Positions 12,224 to 24,107 of a stretch of 64,000 bases of DNA are shown piece by piece. Position 1 is the first letter of the stretch. Every line of letters begins with the position of its first letter. The stretch covers positions 6,574,001-6,638,000 of the forward strand of contig CM075997.1 in assembly GCA_038087875.1 (NCBI GenBank), read 5' to 3'. A program made the position numbers and the translations under genes. The notes under the pieces were generated by a model. It was not told where the DNA came from. It ran no database searches and was given only the letters and a program-made list of their open reading frames with translations. The DNA is from Malacoraja senta (Eukaryota).

Positions 12224-15200
12224 TTAATACCTGTTGCCTTGTCTTGAATTATCTTTTGGAGACATCTTCCGATAAGGCAGAATGAGGAATTTCTGCTTCA
12301 ATTTTGTACCTACGTGGCAGATGTGCAGCTGACACCCATATTTTCCTCTTATAAACCGCGCCCAAATAGACTTTAATAGTGCATCACATCTTTGAGACTT
12401 GCAGCTACCCATATGGTTAACATACGCTACTGCTGTTGTATTGTCCATGTAGCCTTATTTGCATATCATGGTCATTCCCACAATATGTTCTCAATACCTG
12501 TAATGCTGCTAGCATTTCCAAATAGTTGATGCCCTATTTTATGGCCATGTCTCAACTCACTTTCATTCCACCTACCACCACAACTAGTATAGGTGTCAGT
12601 TACACCCCAGCCCTCACTTTGTAGTGTTATTGCGGGCTTACCAGGTACAATGAGCCCTATACCCTCGTGTGTGCTCAATACCGCACTGGAATTTGGATAT
12701 TAATTCTGTTGTCAGCCTCATACATCTATCAACATGTCCCATATTCAATTTTAGGGCAATAACTTTCTCCCGATCCTGGCTTCTGTAATGCATGGCCCTA
12801 TAGTTGGGAAGGTAGCTACCAGCTTGCCTATCACCCTCGCAACCTGTCATATAGTAGACTTCTCATTCTTAAGTAAGCCTGTGCGTGCATCTACAAAATT
12901 ATGTTTCTTATCTGTAGGTAGGGTCACAGATCTATCTGAAGAGTTTATGAGAAAGTTTAGGTATGCGATTAGTTTTTGTCGACCCAAGCCTGGGCTTTCC
13001 TGGAAGAATAACAACTCCTAGACCTTCTTAGATCTTCTTGGATTGGCCAGGTTGCTAAATCTGGACAATCCAGGTTGCTAAGTCCAGGTTGCTAAATGCC
13101 TACCTCTGTGGCATATATCGTCTTTCCTACGATGAGCGTGTCAACTATTTCCTACGACTCTCCTGTATTGATACCGGAAAGAATGCATCTTTGAGATTGA
13201 ATGAGGCCATAAAGCAATCCTCAATAATCAGCAGTTTTGCTGAATGAAAAATCCATTCTAAGATGGTTATATTGCAAGCCCTTGTTAGACTGGCCAAATC
13301 AAGAATGATTCGGTATGCTTCATCTTCCTTAGACCCTGTGAAAATATGGGAAATATATTCATCTTGTTCATGGACAATCTCCTCAATCATATCCTTTTGT
13401 GTAATTTCACTACCTCTACTCGGATAGCTATATATTCCTGTTTAGACTGTTTGCGCGGGAATTTGGCCTTTTCTTGCCGTGGAGGCAACCAGTCAGACAG
13501 AACGTCAGATTTATAGCCATTTATGGCTATTAAAATGAAAGGGCCAGTGGTTATCTATCCCCACTTACTTTAGAACAGCCTCAATATACCTCCAACTTGA
13601 ATATCTTCTGTACATTTCATGCAGCTGTAGGAATAATACTCACCTACCTCAATGGGATTAACAGCATCAGCTGACACTAATGTTTGTTCTGTCCCTTCCC
13701 TCTGGCTCTGACATCGTGGCCTGCTGGGGTTGAGATTGAGTGTGTGGCACGCGCTGTCTCCATGATGAGCGCTGTGAACCTGCGCCTAAAAAGAGGCCTC
13801 TGGCTCTGTCTTAGTTGTGTAACATAGAAACATAGAACATAGAAACATAGAAAATAGGTGCAGGAGGAGGCCATTTGGCCCTTCGAGCCATCACCGCCAT
13901 TCATTGTCATCATGGCTGATTGTACCCTATCAATAACCCGTGCCTCCCTTCTCCCCATATCCCTTGACACCACTAGCCCCTCGGGCTCTATCTAACTCTC
14001 TCTTAAATCCATCCAGTGACTTGGCCTCCACTGCCCTCTGTGGCAGGGAATTCCATAAATTCACAACTCTCTGGGTGAAAAAGTTTTTTCTCACCTCAGT
14101 CTTAAATGACTTCCCCTTTATTCTAAGATTGTGGCCCCTGGTTCTGGACTCACCCCACATTGGGAACATTTTTCCTGCATCTAGCTTGTTCAGTCCTTTT
14201 ATAATTTTATATGTTTCTATAAGATGCCCCCTCATCCTTCTAAACTCCAGTGTAGGCCTGGTGCTCCAACCAGCCTCAGTATAGAGGTTTCAGGCACTAA
14301 CTTGGCTGGGATGATATCCTTACACAGCAGTGCTAAGGCGTCTTGCTGCATTTCAGAACGTTGTGTTCAATCCACCAACCTCGCAAACACAGAAATCCCT
14401 CTTGTGAGAGCTCTCTGAACTCGCTGGAGTTTTAGATCTTTAGACTTCGTTTAGCCAATCAGAATGTCCCAGATGGTGATGTTAACCTTCGGTACATCAC
14501 GAGTCTGGCAGTTATCAGGATTAAAATACTTTTCAGCATTGTCCTGCATGTTCTCCTCATTCAGCTGGTGTGAAGTCAAGTATATAATGCTACTTGCCAG
14601 TTCTACCTCTACTGGTTCACCCAAGGGAATGGCAAATTTTGATCCTGAGTGCCGGCAACTCTTTGATAATCGTGAACTGAAAGGTATTATCCATTTGTTG
14701 AGGGAATCCTCATACTCCCAGCCCCTGAGTGGGAGATATCCTCAGATATCTGAATTGAACTGTCTGTATCAGTGCAGTGCACCTCCCCATCACCAGCCTC
14801 TCACTCAGTTATCCCCATTCTTCTGAGTTGACTGAGAACATCAACCTTAGATTTTGAGGAAGTGCCTCCCTGGCCAGTATTGTCCTTTTGGACAGCCAGT
14901 TCTGACTTGGTCTTCCCCGAGCCCGGCTTGACAAGTTGCTCCCTTTCGGAGCTTTAGCGGAGGTTGTTGTGCAGACCCTACCTGCCAGTATCTCCGAGCC
15001 CGGGTCATTAAGCTGCTCCTTTTCGGAGTTTTTGCGGAGGTTACTATGCAGGCCGCGACTGTTCACCTCCCCGAGCCCGGCTTGACAAGCTGCTCCCTTT
15101 CGGAGCTTTAGGTTGCTATTCAGGTCGTGCCTGCCAGCTACTCCGAGACCGGGGTGGGCCACCTGCTCCCTTTCGGAGCTTTAGCGGTGGCTGCTGTGCA

Positions 15201-15525
15201 GGCCGCGCCTGTCTGCATCTCCGAGCCCGCTGTTAGCATCTCTGAGCTCGATAGCAACGGCCAACGACCTCGCTTGTTGCCGTCATTCCCCTCTGAATTT
15301 TCAACAGCACATCCTTTCTTGTTTCTTGGTTTGTCCATTTTTGGAACTCAATCCCACGTTGAAACAAGAAGCACTGTTCCTGGAAAAACAAAACCTTACC
15401 TTCACCGTTAATGCTCGGACCAAGCATTTCCGAATGCATCCGTATCTCGCGCCATGTGACGATATATTAATGCGCATGCGGGCTGGCGGGTTCTTCACGT
15501 AGTCTCATCACGAGACTTCGAAATA
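12224..15525 (-). mobile_element. DIRS-type retrotransposon remnant (gag-like, RT, RNase H), interrupted by a CR1
   Basis: RNase H-like DNTTAVAYVNHMG..S..C at 12224-12448. RT-like YISHIF..SKED..YRIILDL..FMASFNLKDAFF at 13145-13390. Gag-like VPKVN..IWD at ~14460-14520. No tyrosine recombinase was recognised. Confidence 0.7.
13822..14252 (-). mobile_element. CR1 3' fragment nested in the DIRS remnant
   Basis: ORF 13930-14235 matches the CR1 RT C-terminus, followed by a (TTTCTATG)-like 3' tail. Confidence 0.85.
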
Positions 15526-15526
15526 A

Positions 15527-15606
15527 AATCCATTTTAGAATAAGGCTGTAATGTAACAAAATGTGGTAAAAGTGAAGAGGTCTGAATACTTTCTGAATGC
15601 ACTGTA
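15527..15606. mobile_element. Solo right-end TIR fragment of the Tc1 family found at 27443-29018
   Basis: AATCCATTTTAGAATAAGGCTGTAA...TCTGAATACTTTCTGAATGCACTG-TA matches 28941-29020. Confidence 0.8.
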
Positions 15607-15786
15607 CTTACCCCTTGTATACAACCTCGCAAAGTGCAACACCTCCCACTTGCTCAGATTAAACTCCATCTGCCATTTCTCCACCCACTTCTGTAGCTGA
15701 TTTATATCCTGCTGTATACTTAAGACAACTTTACTCCAGTAATCTTGGTGTTTGCAAAAATGAATGGCAGGATATTCTCATATTAC

Positions 15787-16105
15787 GCAGGAGGAGGAGC
15801 AGCGTCCGGGTAGTGAGTAGTTAAACAGCGCAGGGCTTTACTTTCCAGACGCCCTGGGACCGTTGCAGGAGGAGGAGCAGCGTCCGGGTAGTGAGTAGTT
15901 AAACAGCGCGGGGCTTTTCTTTCCAGACGCCCAGGGGACCGTTGCAGGAGGAGGAGCAGCGTCCGGGTAGTGAGTAGTTAAACAGCGCGGGGCTTTACTT
16001 TCCAGACGCCCAGGGACCGTTGCAGGAGGAGGAGCAGCGTCCGGGTAGTGAGTAGTTAAACAGCGCGGGGCTTTACTTTCCAGACGCCCAGGGACCGTTG
16101 CAGGA
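15787..16105 (+). repeat. ~78-bp tandem repeat, four full copies, at the CR1 5' end
   Basis: The unit start GCAGGAG recurs at 15787, 15865, 15944, 16022 and 16100. Confidence 0.9.
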
Positions 16106-16259
16106 GTGCCCAAAAACTGCAAACGTTCCATTCAGGTTTCCTATAAGTGAGGAAGCAGCTGATTGGTGGAAGAGGACTAAGAGGAAGCAGCTGATTGGGA
16201 GTCGGATCCCTGCTGAATTCCTCCACCAGTTTGTATTGTATCCAGGGTAAGGGGGGAGA

Positions 16260-17187
16260 ATGAGGGCCAGGGCAGTTTACTGTTCTGGATGTCAGATGTG
16301 GGAGGTCATGGAGTCTGATACCCCTCCAGACGTCCACATCTGTGTCAGGTGCGTAGAGATGGGGTTCCTAAGGGACCGTGTTAGGAACCTGGAGCAACAG
16401 CTCGATGACCTCTGTCTGATCAGGGAGAGTGAGGAGGTCATAGAAAGGAGTTATAGGGAGGTGGCCACTCCAAGACCACGGGAGGCAGACAAGTGGGTCA
16501 CGGTTAGGAAGGGCAAGGGGCAGAGGCAGGGGACTAGTGAGTACCCCGGTGGGCTGTACCCCTAGAAAATAAGTACTCCTGTTTGAGTACTGTTGCGGGG
16601 GACAGCCTTTCTGGGGGTAGCGACAGCGGCCGGGCCTCCGGCACAGAGACCGGCCCTATTACTCAGAAAGGTAGGGAAAAGAAGAGGAGGGCAATAGTAA
16701 TAGGGGACTCTATGGTTAGGGGGTCGGATAGGCGATTCTGTGGACGCAGTCAGGAGACCCGGATGGTAGTGTGCCTCCCTGGTGCCAGGGTCAGGGATGT
16801 GTCTGAACGTGTCCAAGAGATCCTGAAATCGGAGGGAGAGGAGCCTGAGGTTGTGGTACATATAGGTACCAATGACATAGGCAGAAAAAGAGAAGAGGTC
16901 CTGAAAGGAGAATTTAGGGAGTTGGAGGAGAGTTAAGGAGAACGTCCGCAAAGGTAACAATCTCAGGATTACTACCTGTACGCGACGGTGAGAGCAGGAA
17001 TGAAATGAGGTGGAGGATAAATGCCTGGCTGAGGATCTGGTGCAGCGGGCAGGGATTCAAATTTCTGGATCATTGGGACCTCTTTTGGGGAAGGTGTGAC
17101 CTGTACAGAAAGGACGGGTTGCACTTGAACCCGAGGGGAACCAATATCCTGGCGGGGAGATTTGCAAAGGCTACTGGGGAGACTTAA
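16260..17187 (+). pseudogene. CR1 ORF1 (zinc finger/leucine zipper plus SGNH esterase), frameshifted
   Basis: ORFs 16260-16565, 16583-16936 and 17005-17187 carry the motifs listed for the element. Confidence 0.85.
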
Positions 17188-17329
17188 ACTAGAACGGTTG
17201 GGGGGAGGGACTCAAATAGAGAAAGATGGTAGAAAATGTGGGAGGCAGGAGGCAGAGAAGGGAAGCACTCGGACCCAAAATGTAGGGGAGAAAGAAGAAA
17301 AAGATAATAAACAGAGAATAAGTGGTGGT

Positions 17330-20141
17330 GGGTTTCTTAAATGTGTATATTTTAATGCTAGGAGCATTGCAAGAAAGGTGGATGAGCTTAGAGTCTGGAT
17401 TGACACCTGGAAGTATGATGTTGTGGCGATCAGTGAAACATGGTTGCAGGAGGGCTGTGATTGGAAACTAAATATTCCAGGATTTCGTTGCTTCAGGGGT
17501 GATAGAATTGGAGGAGCAAGAGGTGGGGGTGTTGCATTGCTTGTCAAGGAAGATATTACAGCAGTGCTTTGGCAGGATAGATTAGAGGGCTCGTCTAGGG
17601 AGGCTATTTGGGTGGAGCTGAGAAATGGGAAAGGTGTAGCAACACTTATAGGGGTGTATTATAGACCGCCAAATGGGGAGCGAGAATTGGAAGAGCAAAT
17701 ATGTAAGGAGATAGCAGATATTAGTAGTAACCACAAGGTAGTGATTGTGGGAGATTTCAATTTTCCACAATTAGACTGGGAAACACATTCTGTAAAAGGG
17801 CTGGATGGTTTGGAGTTTGTAAAATGTGTGCAGGATAGTTTTTTGCAGCAATACATAGAGGTGCCTACTAGAGAAGGGGCAGTGCTGGACCTCCTGTTAG
17901 GAAATTAGACCGGGCAGGTGGCGGAGGTAAGCGTTGGGGAGCACTTCGGGTCCAGTGATCACAATACCATTAATTTCAATATAATTATGGAGAGGGTCAG
18001 AACTGGACCTAGGGTTGAGATTTTTGATTGGAGAAAGGCTAACTTTGAGGAGATGCGAAAGGATTTAAAAGGAGTGAATTGGGACATGTTGTTTTATGGG
18101 AAGGATGTAGAAGAGAAATGGAGGACATTTAAAGGTGAAATTTTAAGAGTACAGAATCTTTATGTACCTGTTCGGTTGAAAGGAAATAGTAAAAATTGGA
18201 AAGAGCCATGGTTTTCAAGGGAAATCGGACACTTGGTTCGGAAAAAGAGAGAGATCTACAATAATTATAGGCAGCATGGAGTAAATGAGGTGCTTGAGGA
18301 GTATAAAGAATGTAAAAAGAATATTAAGAAAGAAATTAGAAAAGCTAAAAAGATATGAGGTTGCTTTGGCAAGTAAGGTGAAAGTAAATCCAAAGGGTTT
18401 CTACAGCTATATTAATAGCAAAAGGATAACAAGGAATAAAATTGGTCCATTAGAGAGTCAGAGTGGACAGCTATCTGCAGAGCCAAAAGAGATGGGGGAG
18501 ATACTGAACAATTTCTTTTCTTCGGTATTCACCAAGGAGAAGGATATGGAATTATGTGAGGTAAGGGAAACAAGCAGAGTAGCAATGGAAACTATGAGAT
18601 TCAAAGAAGAGGAGGTGCGGACACTTTTGAAAAATATGAAAACGGATAAGTCTCCAGGTCCTGACAGGATATTCCCGAGGACATTGAGGGAAGTTAGTGT
18701 AGAAATAGCAGGGGCTATGACAGAATATTTCAAATGTCATTAGAAACGGGAATAGTGCCGGAGGATTGGCGTACTGCGCATGTTGTTCCGTTGTTTAAAA
18801 AGGGTTCTAAGAGTAAACCTAGCAATTATAGACCTGTTAGTTTGACGTCAGTGGTGGGCAAATTAATGGAAAGGATACTTAAAGATAATATATATAAGCA
18901 TCTGGATAAGCAGGGTCTGATTAGGAACAGTCAACATGGATTTGTACCTGGAAGGTCATGTTTGACTAATCTTCTAGAATTTTTCGAAGAGGTTACTAGG
19001 GAAATTGATGAGGGTAAAGCAGTGGATCCTGTCTATATGGACTTCAGTAAGGCCTTTGACAAGGTTCCTCATGGAAGGTTGGTTAAGAAGATTCAATTGT
19101 TGGGTATTAATGGTGGAGTAGCAAGATGGATTCAACAGTGGCTGAATGGGAGATGCCAGAGAGTAATGGTGGATGGCTGTTTGTCAGGTTGGAGGCCGGT
19201 GACTAGTGGGGTGCCTCAGGGATCTGTGTTGGGTCCACTGTTGTTTGTCATGTACATCAATGATCTGGATGATGGTGTGGAAAATTGGATTAGTAAGTCT
19301 GCAGATGATACTAAGACAGGTGGTGTGGTGGATAATGAAGTAGATTTTCCAAAGTCTACAGAGAGATTTAGGACATTTGGAAGAGTGGGCTCAAAGATGG
19401 CAGATGGAGTTTAATGCTGATAAATGTGAGGTACTACATCTCGGCAGGACAAATCAAAATAGGACATACATGGTAAATGGTAGAGAATTGAGGAATGCAG
19501 TTGAACAGAGGGATCTAGGAATAACTGTGCATAGTTCCCTGAAAGTGGAATCTCATGTAGATAGGGTGGTAAAGAAAGCTTTTGGGGTGCTGGCCTTTAT
19601 AAATCAGAGCATTGAATATAGAAGTTGGGATGTAATGTTAAAATTGTACAAGGCATTGGTGAGGCCAATTCTGGAGTATGGAGTACAATTTTGGTCGCCT
19701 AATTATAGGAAGGATGTCAACAAAATAGAGAGCGTACAGAGGAGATTTACTAGAATGTTGCCTGGGTTTCAGCAACTAAGTTACAGAGAAAAGTTGAACA
19801 AGTTAGGTCTTTATTCTTTGGAGCGCAGAAGGTTAAGAGGGGACTTGATAGAGGTCTTTAAAATTATGAGCGGGTTAGACAGAGTTGACGTGGATAAGCT
19901 TTTTCCATTGAGAGTAGGGAAGATTCAAACAAGGGGACATGACTTGAGAATTAAGGGACAGAAGTTTAGGGGTAACATTAGGGGGAACTTCTTTACTCAG
20001 AGAGTGGTAGCTGTGTGGAATGAGCTTCCAGTGGAAGTGGTGGAGGCTGGTTCGATTTTATCCTTTAAAAATAGATTGGATGGGTATATGGACGGGAAAG
20101 GAATGGAGGGTTATGGTCTGAGTGCAGGTAGATGGGACTAG
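17330..20141 (+). pseudogene. CR1 ORF2 (APE/RT), one premature stop and several frameshifts
   Basis: Collinear ORFs 17162-17908, 17918-18358, 18285-18743, 18734-19414 and 19377-20141. Confidence 0.9.
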
Positions 20142-20534
20142 GGAGAAGTATTTTTTTTTTTTTTTAATAAAAAAAATAAAGTGTTCGGCACGGACTTGAA
20201 GGGCCGAGATGGCCTGTTTCCGTGCTGTAATGGTTATATGGTTACGATGTTGCGGGGTAGGTTCCCTGGGCCAGGGCCAGGGCCAAGGATGGAGTATTGG
20301 TATTTGTTTATTAGTCTCAAATATATTGAGATACAATGAAAAGCTTTACTTGCTTGCTATCCAGTCAGATTGCTCTGTTTATGAGAACAATAGAGTTGCA
20401 GAAAATAGTGTTCTAGCATTACAGCATTGCATTTAAAGAGTGCAGACTATTAAAAAGCACAAGTTTCACAGTTAGGTAGAATGTCATATCAGGACTACAC
20501 CCTATCTTATTAAAGGTGCTCTTATTAAAGGGCG

Positions 20535-20795
20535 CTCTTTTAGAAAGGAAGTTAGGGGGAACTTCTTTAGTGAGAGGGTAGTTAATCTGTGGAAGACATT
20601 GCCACAGAGGGCTGTGGTGGCCAAGTCAGTGGATATTTTTTAAGGCAGAGATAGACGAATTCTTGATTAGAACGGGTGTCAAGGGTTATGGGGAGAAGGC
20701 AGGAAAATGGCATTAGGAAGCAGAGATCAGCCATGATTGAATGGCCGAGTAGACTCAATGGGTTGAATGGCTTAATTTTATTCCTATAACTTGTG
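20535..20795 (+). mobile_element. CR1 3' fragment
   Basis: GGGGAACTTCTTT..GAGAGGGTAGTTAATCTGTGGAA..TTGCCACAGAGGGCTGTGG followed by a CR1-like 3'UTR. Confidence 0.75.
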
Positions 20796-20837
20796 AACTT
20801 GGGAAGACGGTTCGGTAGTCTGATAATAGTGGGGAAG

Positions 20838-20902
20838 AAGTTGGAGGAACAGCATCTCATATGTCGCTTGGGCATCTTACAGCCCATATGTCGCTTGGGC
20901 AT
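20838..20902 (+). mobile_element. Penelope-like GIY-YIG C-terminal fragment, partly duplicated
   Basis: Encodes KLEEQHLICRLGILQP, the same motif as at 30840-30960 and ~61910. Confidence 0.6.
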
Positions 20903-21586
20903 CTCTCTCCCTCCCCCCCTCCCCCCTCCCCCCTCCCCCCCCTCTCCCCTCTCCCCCTCTCCCCCTCTCCCCTCTTCCCTCTCTCTCCCTCCCCCTCTCT
21001 CTCCCTCCCCCTCTCTCTCCCTCCCCCTCTCTCTCCCCTCCCCCTCTCTCTCCCCTCCCCATCTCTCCCCCTCCCCCTCTCTCTCCCCCTCCCCCTCTCT
21101 CTCCCTCCCCTCTCTCTCCTCTCCCCCTCTCTCTCCTCTCCCCCTCTCCCCCTCTCTCCCCCTCCTCCCCTCTCCCTCTCTCCCCCTCCCCTCTCTCTCT
21201 CTCCCTCCCTCCCCCTCACCCCCTCCCTCTCCCCTCTCTCCCCCCTCCCCCTCTCTCCCCCTCCCCCTCTCTCCCCCCTCATCTCTCTCCTCTCTCCCCT
21301 CTCCACCCCTCTCCCCGCCTGCCCCTCTCCCTCTCTCTCCCCTCCCTCTTGCCCCCCTCTCTCCCCTCCCTCTTGCCCCCCCTCCCCCTCCCCCTCTCCC
21401 CCTCCCCTCTCTCTCCCCCTCTCTCCCTTCCTCCCCTCTCTCTCCCCTACCCCTCTCTCTCCCTCCCTCACCCTACTCCCCTCCCTCTCCCCTCCCTCTC
21501 CCCCTCTCTCCCCTCCCTCCCCCTCTCTCTCCCTCTCTCTCCCCCTCCCCTCTCTCTCCCCTCCCCCTCTCTCTCTCTACCCCTCC

Positions 21587-21620
<34 letters not shown>

Positions 21621-21675
21621 ACCTCTCCCCCTCTCTCTCCCTCCCCTCCCCACCTCTCCCCCTCTCTCCCTCTCA
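20903..21675. repeat. ~770-bp CT-rich polypyrimidine low-complexity tract
   Basis: Almost exclusively C and T on the + strand. Confidence 0.95.
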
Positions 21676-21719
21676 CTCGTGTTTCACCAGCTTCTTGTTT
21701 TCACCCTACAACAACATAA

Positions 21720-22235
21720 TAATAATACACTTTATTGTCATTGTAAATACATATAACAACATTTCAGGCGCACTGCCCGAGCGGAGCTCCAACGTAACAG
21801 ATACAAAATAAAGTATAGTGTTGTGGCAGTACAAAATATTGGCTATGGGGGCTGTGTGCTCAGTGCAGAGTTCATAGTGGTGATGGCCTTGGGGTAGAAA
21901 CTGTTTGTTATCTTGTGGTGTGTGATGTGATGGACCTGTAACGCTTTCCTGAGGGCAAAATGGCAAACAAATGATGTGCGGGATGAGATAGGTCCTTTAG
22001 TATGCGTGATGCCTTCCGCAGGCAACGAGACCAATAGATCTCTTCCAGGACAGGAAGGTGTGTGTTGGTGATCTTCTGGGCTGTATTAATGACTCTCTGC
22101 AGAGCCTTCCTGTCAGCCACAGAACTGTTGCCATACCATACCATACCAGGATGCCATGTGTCAGGACACTCCTTATGGAGCAACGGTAGCATGACACTAG
22201 CAGCTGTTGTGGCAAGTTGACTTTCCTGAGTGATC
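21720..22235 (-). mobile_element. LINE 3' fragment (Rex1/Babar-like)
   Basis: VWYGNSSVADRKALQRVINTAQKI..RCLRKASRILKDLSHPAHHLFAILPSGKRYRS. A similar, more decayed piece lies at ~22510-22770. Confidence 0.7.
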
Positions 22236-22239
22236 TTTG

Positions 22240-22460
22240 AAAGTAACAGCCTACAAAGGCCTGTTACGTTTATCATCATTACTTTTTTGCATTTGTTTCA
22301 TTGATTGTTCTATATCTCTCTATCATCGTCTATATCTCTCGTTTTCATTTCCCATGACTTTCAGTCTGAAGAAGGGTCTCGACCCGAAATGTCACCCATT
22401 CCTTCTCTCCAGAGATGCTGCCTGACCCGCTGAGTTACTCCAGCTTTTTGTGTCTATCCT
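22240..22460 (+). mobile_element. Penelope-derived short element with hammerhead motif
   Basis: CTGAAGA-AGGGTCTCGACCC-GAAA at 22366-22389, followed by the GATGCTGCCTGACCCGCTGAGTTACTCCAGC tail. Confidence 0.65.
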
Positions 22461-23137
22461 GGATCTGGTGATATGTGCTTTAAGCCTTTGTATCATTTTC
22501 GTGGCCCTTGATTATGTTGTCTGCTTTATAAGGCAGTGTGAAGTGCAGATGGTGGGTGGCCGGTCTGTGTGATGGACTGTGCTACGTCCACAACACTCTG
22601 AGATTTCTTGTGGTTTTAGGCAGAGCAGTTGCCAAACCAAGCTATGATGCATCCTGATCAGATGCTTTCTGCGATGCATCTGTAGTAATTGGGAAGAGTT
22701 GTTGGAGATATGCTGAACGTCCTTGGTCATCTGATGAAGTAGAAGCATCAGTGTGCTTTCTTAGAACAAATTGTGGGTGATATTTACCCCCAGAAACCCG
22801 GGGCTCTCATCCATCTCCCTTTTGTCACCTCAGACACAAGATAATTTCAATTTGGGAGGTTCTGAAAGTAGGGGAAGGGACGTGGAGAGGGAGAAGGAAA
22901 GAGACAGAGTTGTGACAGGGGGTGTGGGAGCTTGGGAATTCCCTGCCCTGGGAAGAGGATGCGGGTGTGATAATGTATCCGAAGTCGCTGGAATGTTGTG
23001 GGGTGTTCGCTGTAAAGGCAAAGTCCGGTAGAGAGGCATCAAAGTGACAAGGCAGTCAGTCGTGAGCCTTGGAGAGCGGGCAGGGAGGGGCTAGCAGCGG
23101 GTCAGATGGATTAAACACTCTCACACTCTCTCAACAG

Positions 23138-23232
23138 ATCGTCAGAATCACGCCTGGCAACTGGTTCAAGAGATCAATCTGTCTGAGTGGGATGGCATTG
23201 TGGTTGTATCTGGTGACGGACTGCTACATGAG
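23138..23232 (+). CDS. SPHK2: Sphingosine kinase 2-like, internal exon (RQNHA..WDGIVVVSGDGLLHE)
   Basis: AG acceptor at 23136-23137 and GTAAG donor at 23233. Encodes the SGDG ATP-binding motif, and the phase is compatible with the next exon. Confidence 0.9.
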
Positions 23233-23239
23233 GTAAGGC

Positions 23240-23620
23240 TCACATCTCACCGTCCCTTCACATGCCCTGGGGTCAATCATAGAGCAGAGCTCTCTCCGCA
23301 CTGTTCCTTCACATATTCCCGGGGTCAGAAACAATGCTCCGTCCCATCACACTGCATGGGTCAGACATGGGTCAGACAAGGAACGAAACGCCCTCTGCAC
23401 CGTCCTGTCATACTCCCTAGGCCAGAAATAGGGTGAAGCTCTCACTGTACCATTCCATCACGCACTCCAGAGGTCAAACATAGAGCGAAGCTCTCTCTGC
23501 ATTGTTCCTTCACACATCCTCTGGCCAGAAATAATGTCAAGCTCCTTCAGCACCGTCCTGTCACACACTCCCCGAGACCGGTCATCGAGTGAAGCATTCT
23601 CTCCATGCTCCCGTCACGCT
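23240..23620 (+). repeat. Degenerate ~50-bp intronic tandem repeat
   Basis: Recurrent CACCGTCC(C/T)..CACAC(A)TCC..GGTCAGA(C)A..GAGTGAAGCTC units. Confidence 0.6.
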
Positions 23621-23639
23621 GTCTCCTTGCCTTTGGCAG

Positions 23640-23755
23640 GTGATCAATGGGTTGATGTCCCGAGCGGACTGGAAAGCAGCTATGAAGATGCCGCTGGGAA
23701 TCATCCCGGCTGGATCGGGGAACGCCCTGGCTGCTGCTGTTAATCACAATGCAGG
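23640..23755 (+). CDS. SPHK2: Sphingosine kinase 2-like, exon (VINGLMSRADW..LGIIPAGSGNALAAAVNHNAG)
   Basis: TTTGGCAG acceptor and GTGAG donor. Encodes the conserved GSGN motif. Confidence 0.92.
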
Positions 23756-24107
23756 GTGAGTGTTGGCAAACTCTGGATCAGTGAGGGAGCCAGGGGGGGG
23801 CAGGAGCCAATGGCCAGGGAGGGGAAGGAGAATGGGATCTTTGAGGGGAGGGAGTGAGTGGCCTTGGTGGAGGGAGGGAGGGGTGAGGGGCCTGTGTTGC
23901 ACGAGGGAGTGAAGCCTCTGGTAACTTGAGGTGAGAGTGAGACGTCTGGCGGAGGGGCGAGTGTGGGGCCTGGGGGCAGAGATGAAGGGTCGGGGAGGGG
24001 GCAGTAGAGGGAATGGAGTGGGAGTAGGGGCAGTGAGTGATTGGGGCGGGCGGGTGAGGGAAGGATCTCTGCACTAACTCATTGTCCACCTCCTCCCCCT
24101 CTCCCAG

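Larger units (their letters stand above)
15787..20245 (+). mobile_element. Full-length CR1 LINE with tandem 5' repeats, ORF1 (zinc finger/esterase) and ORF2
   Basis: ORF1 has CxxC..CxxC and SGNH-type motifs VIGDSMVRG, HIGTND and DGLHLN. ORF2 has APE (YFNARSI, ISETWL, GDFN, SDH) and RT ([11 protein letters not shown]). The 3' end is GGCCTGTTTCCGTGCTGTA. Confidence 0.92.

Noticed and set aside
15787..16105. CRISPR-like appearance of the 78-bp repeats (and the 45-bp units at 60749-60970)
   Set aside because: No unique spacers, no cas genes, and a eukaryotic context. They are tandem repeats of retroelements.
20793..21811. Long Pro/Ser/Leu- and Gly/Glu/Arg-rich ORFs
   Set aside because: Artefacts of the CT low-complexity tract, which is open in most frames.
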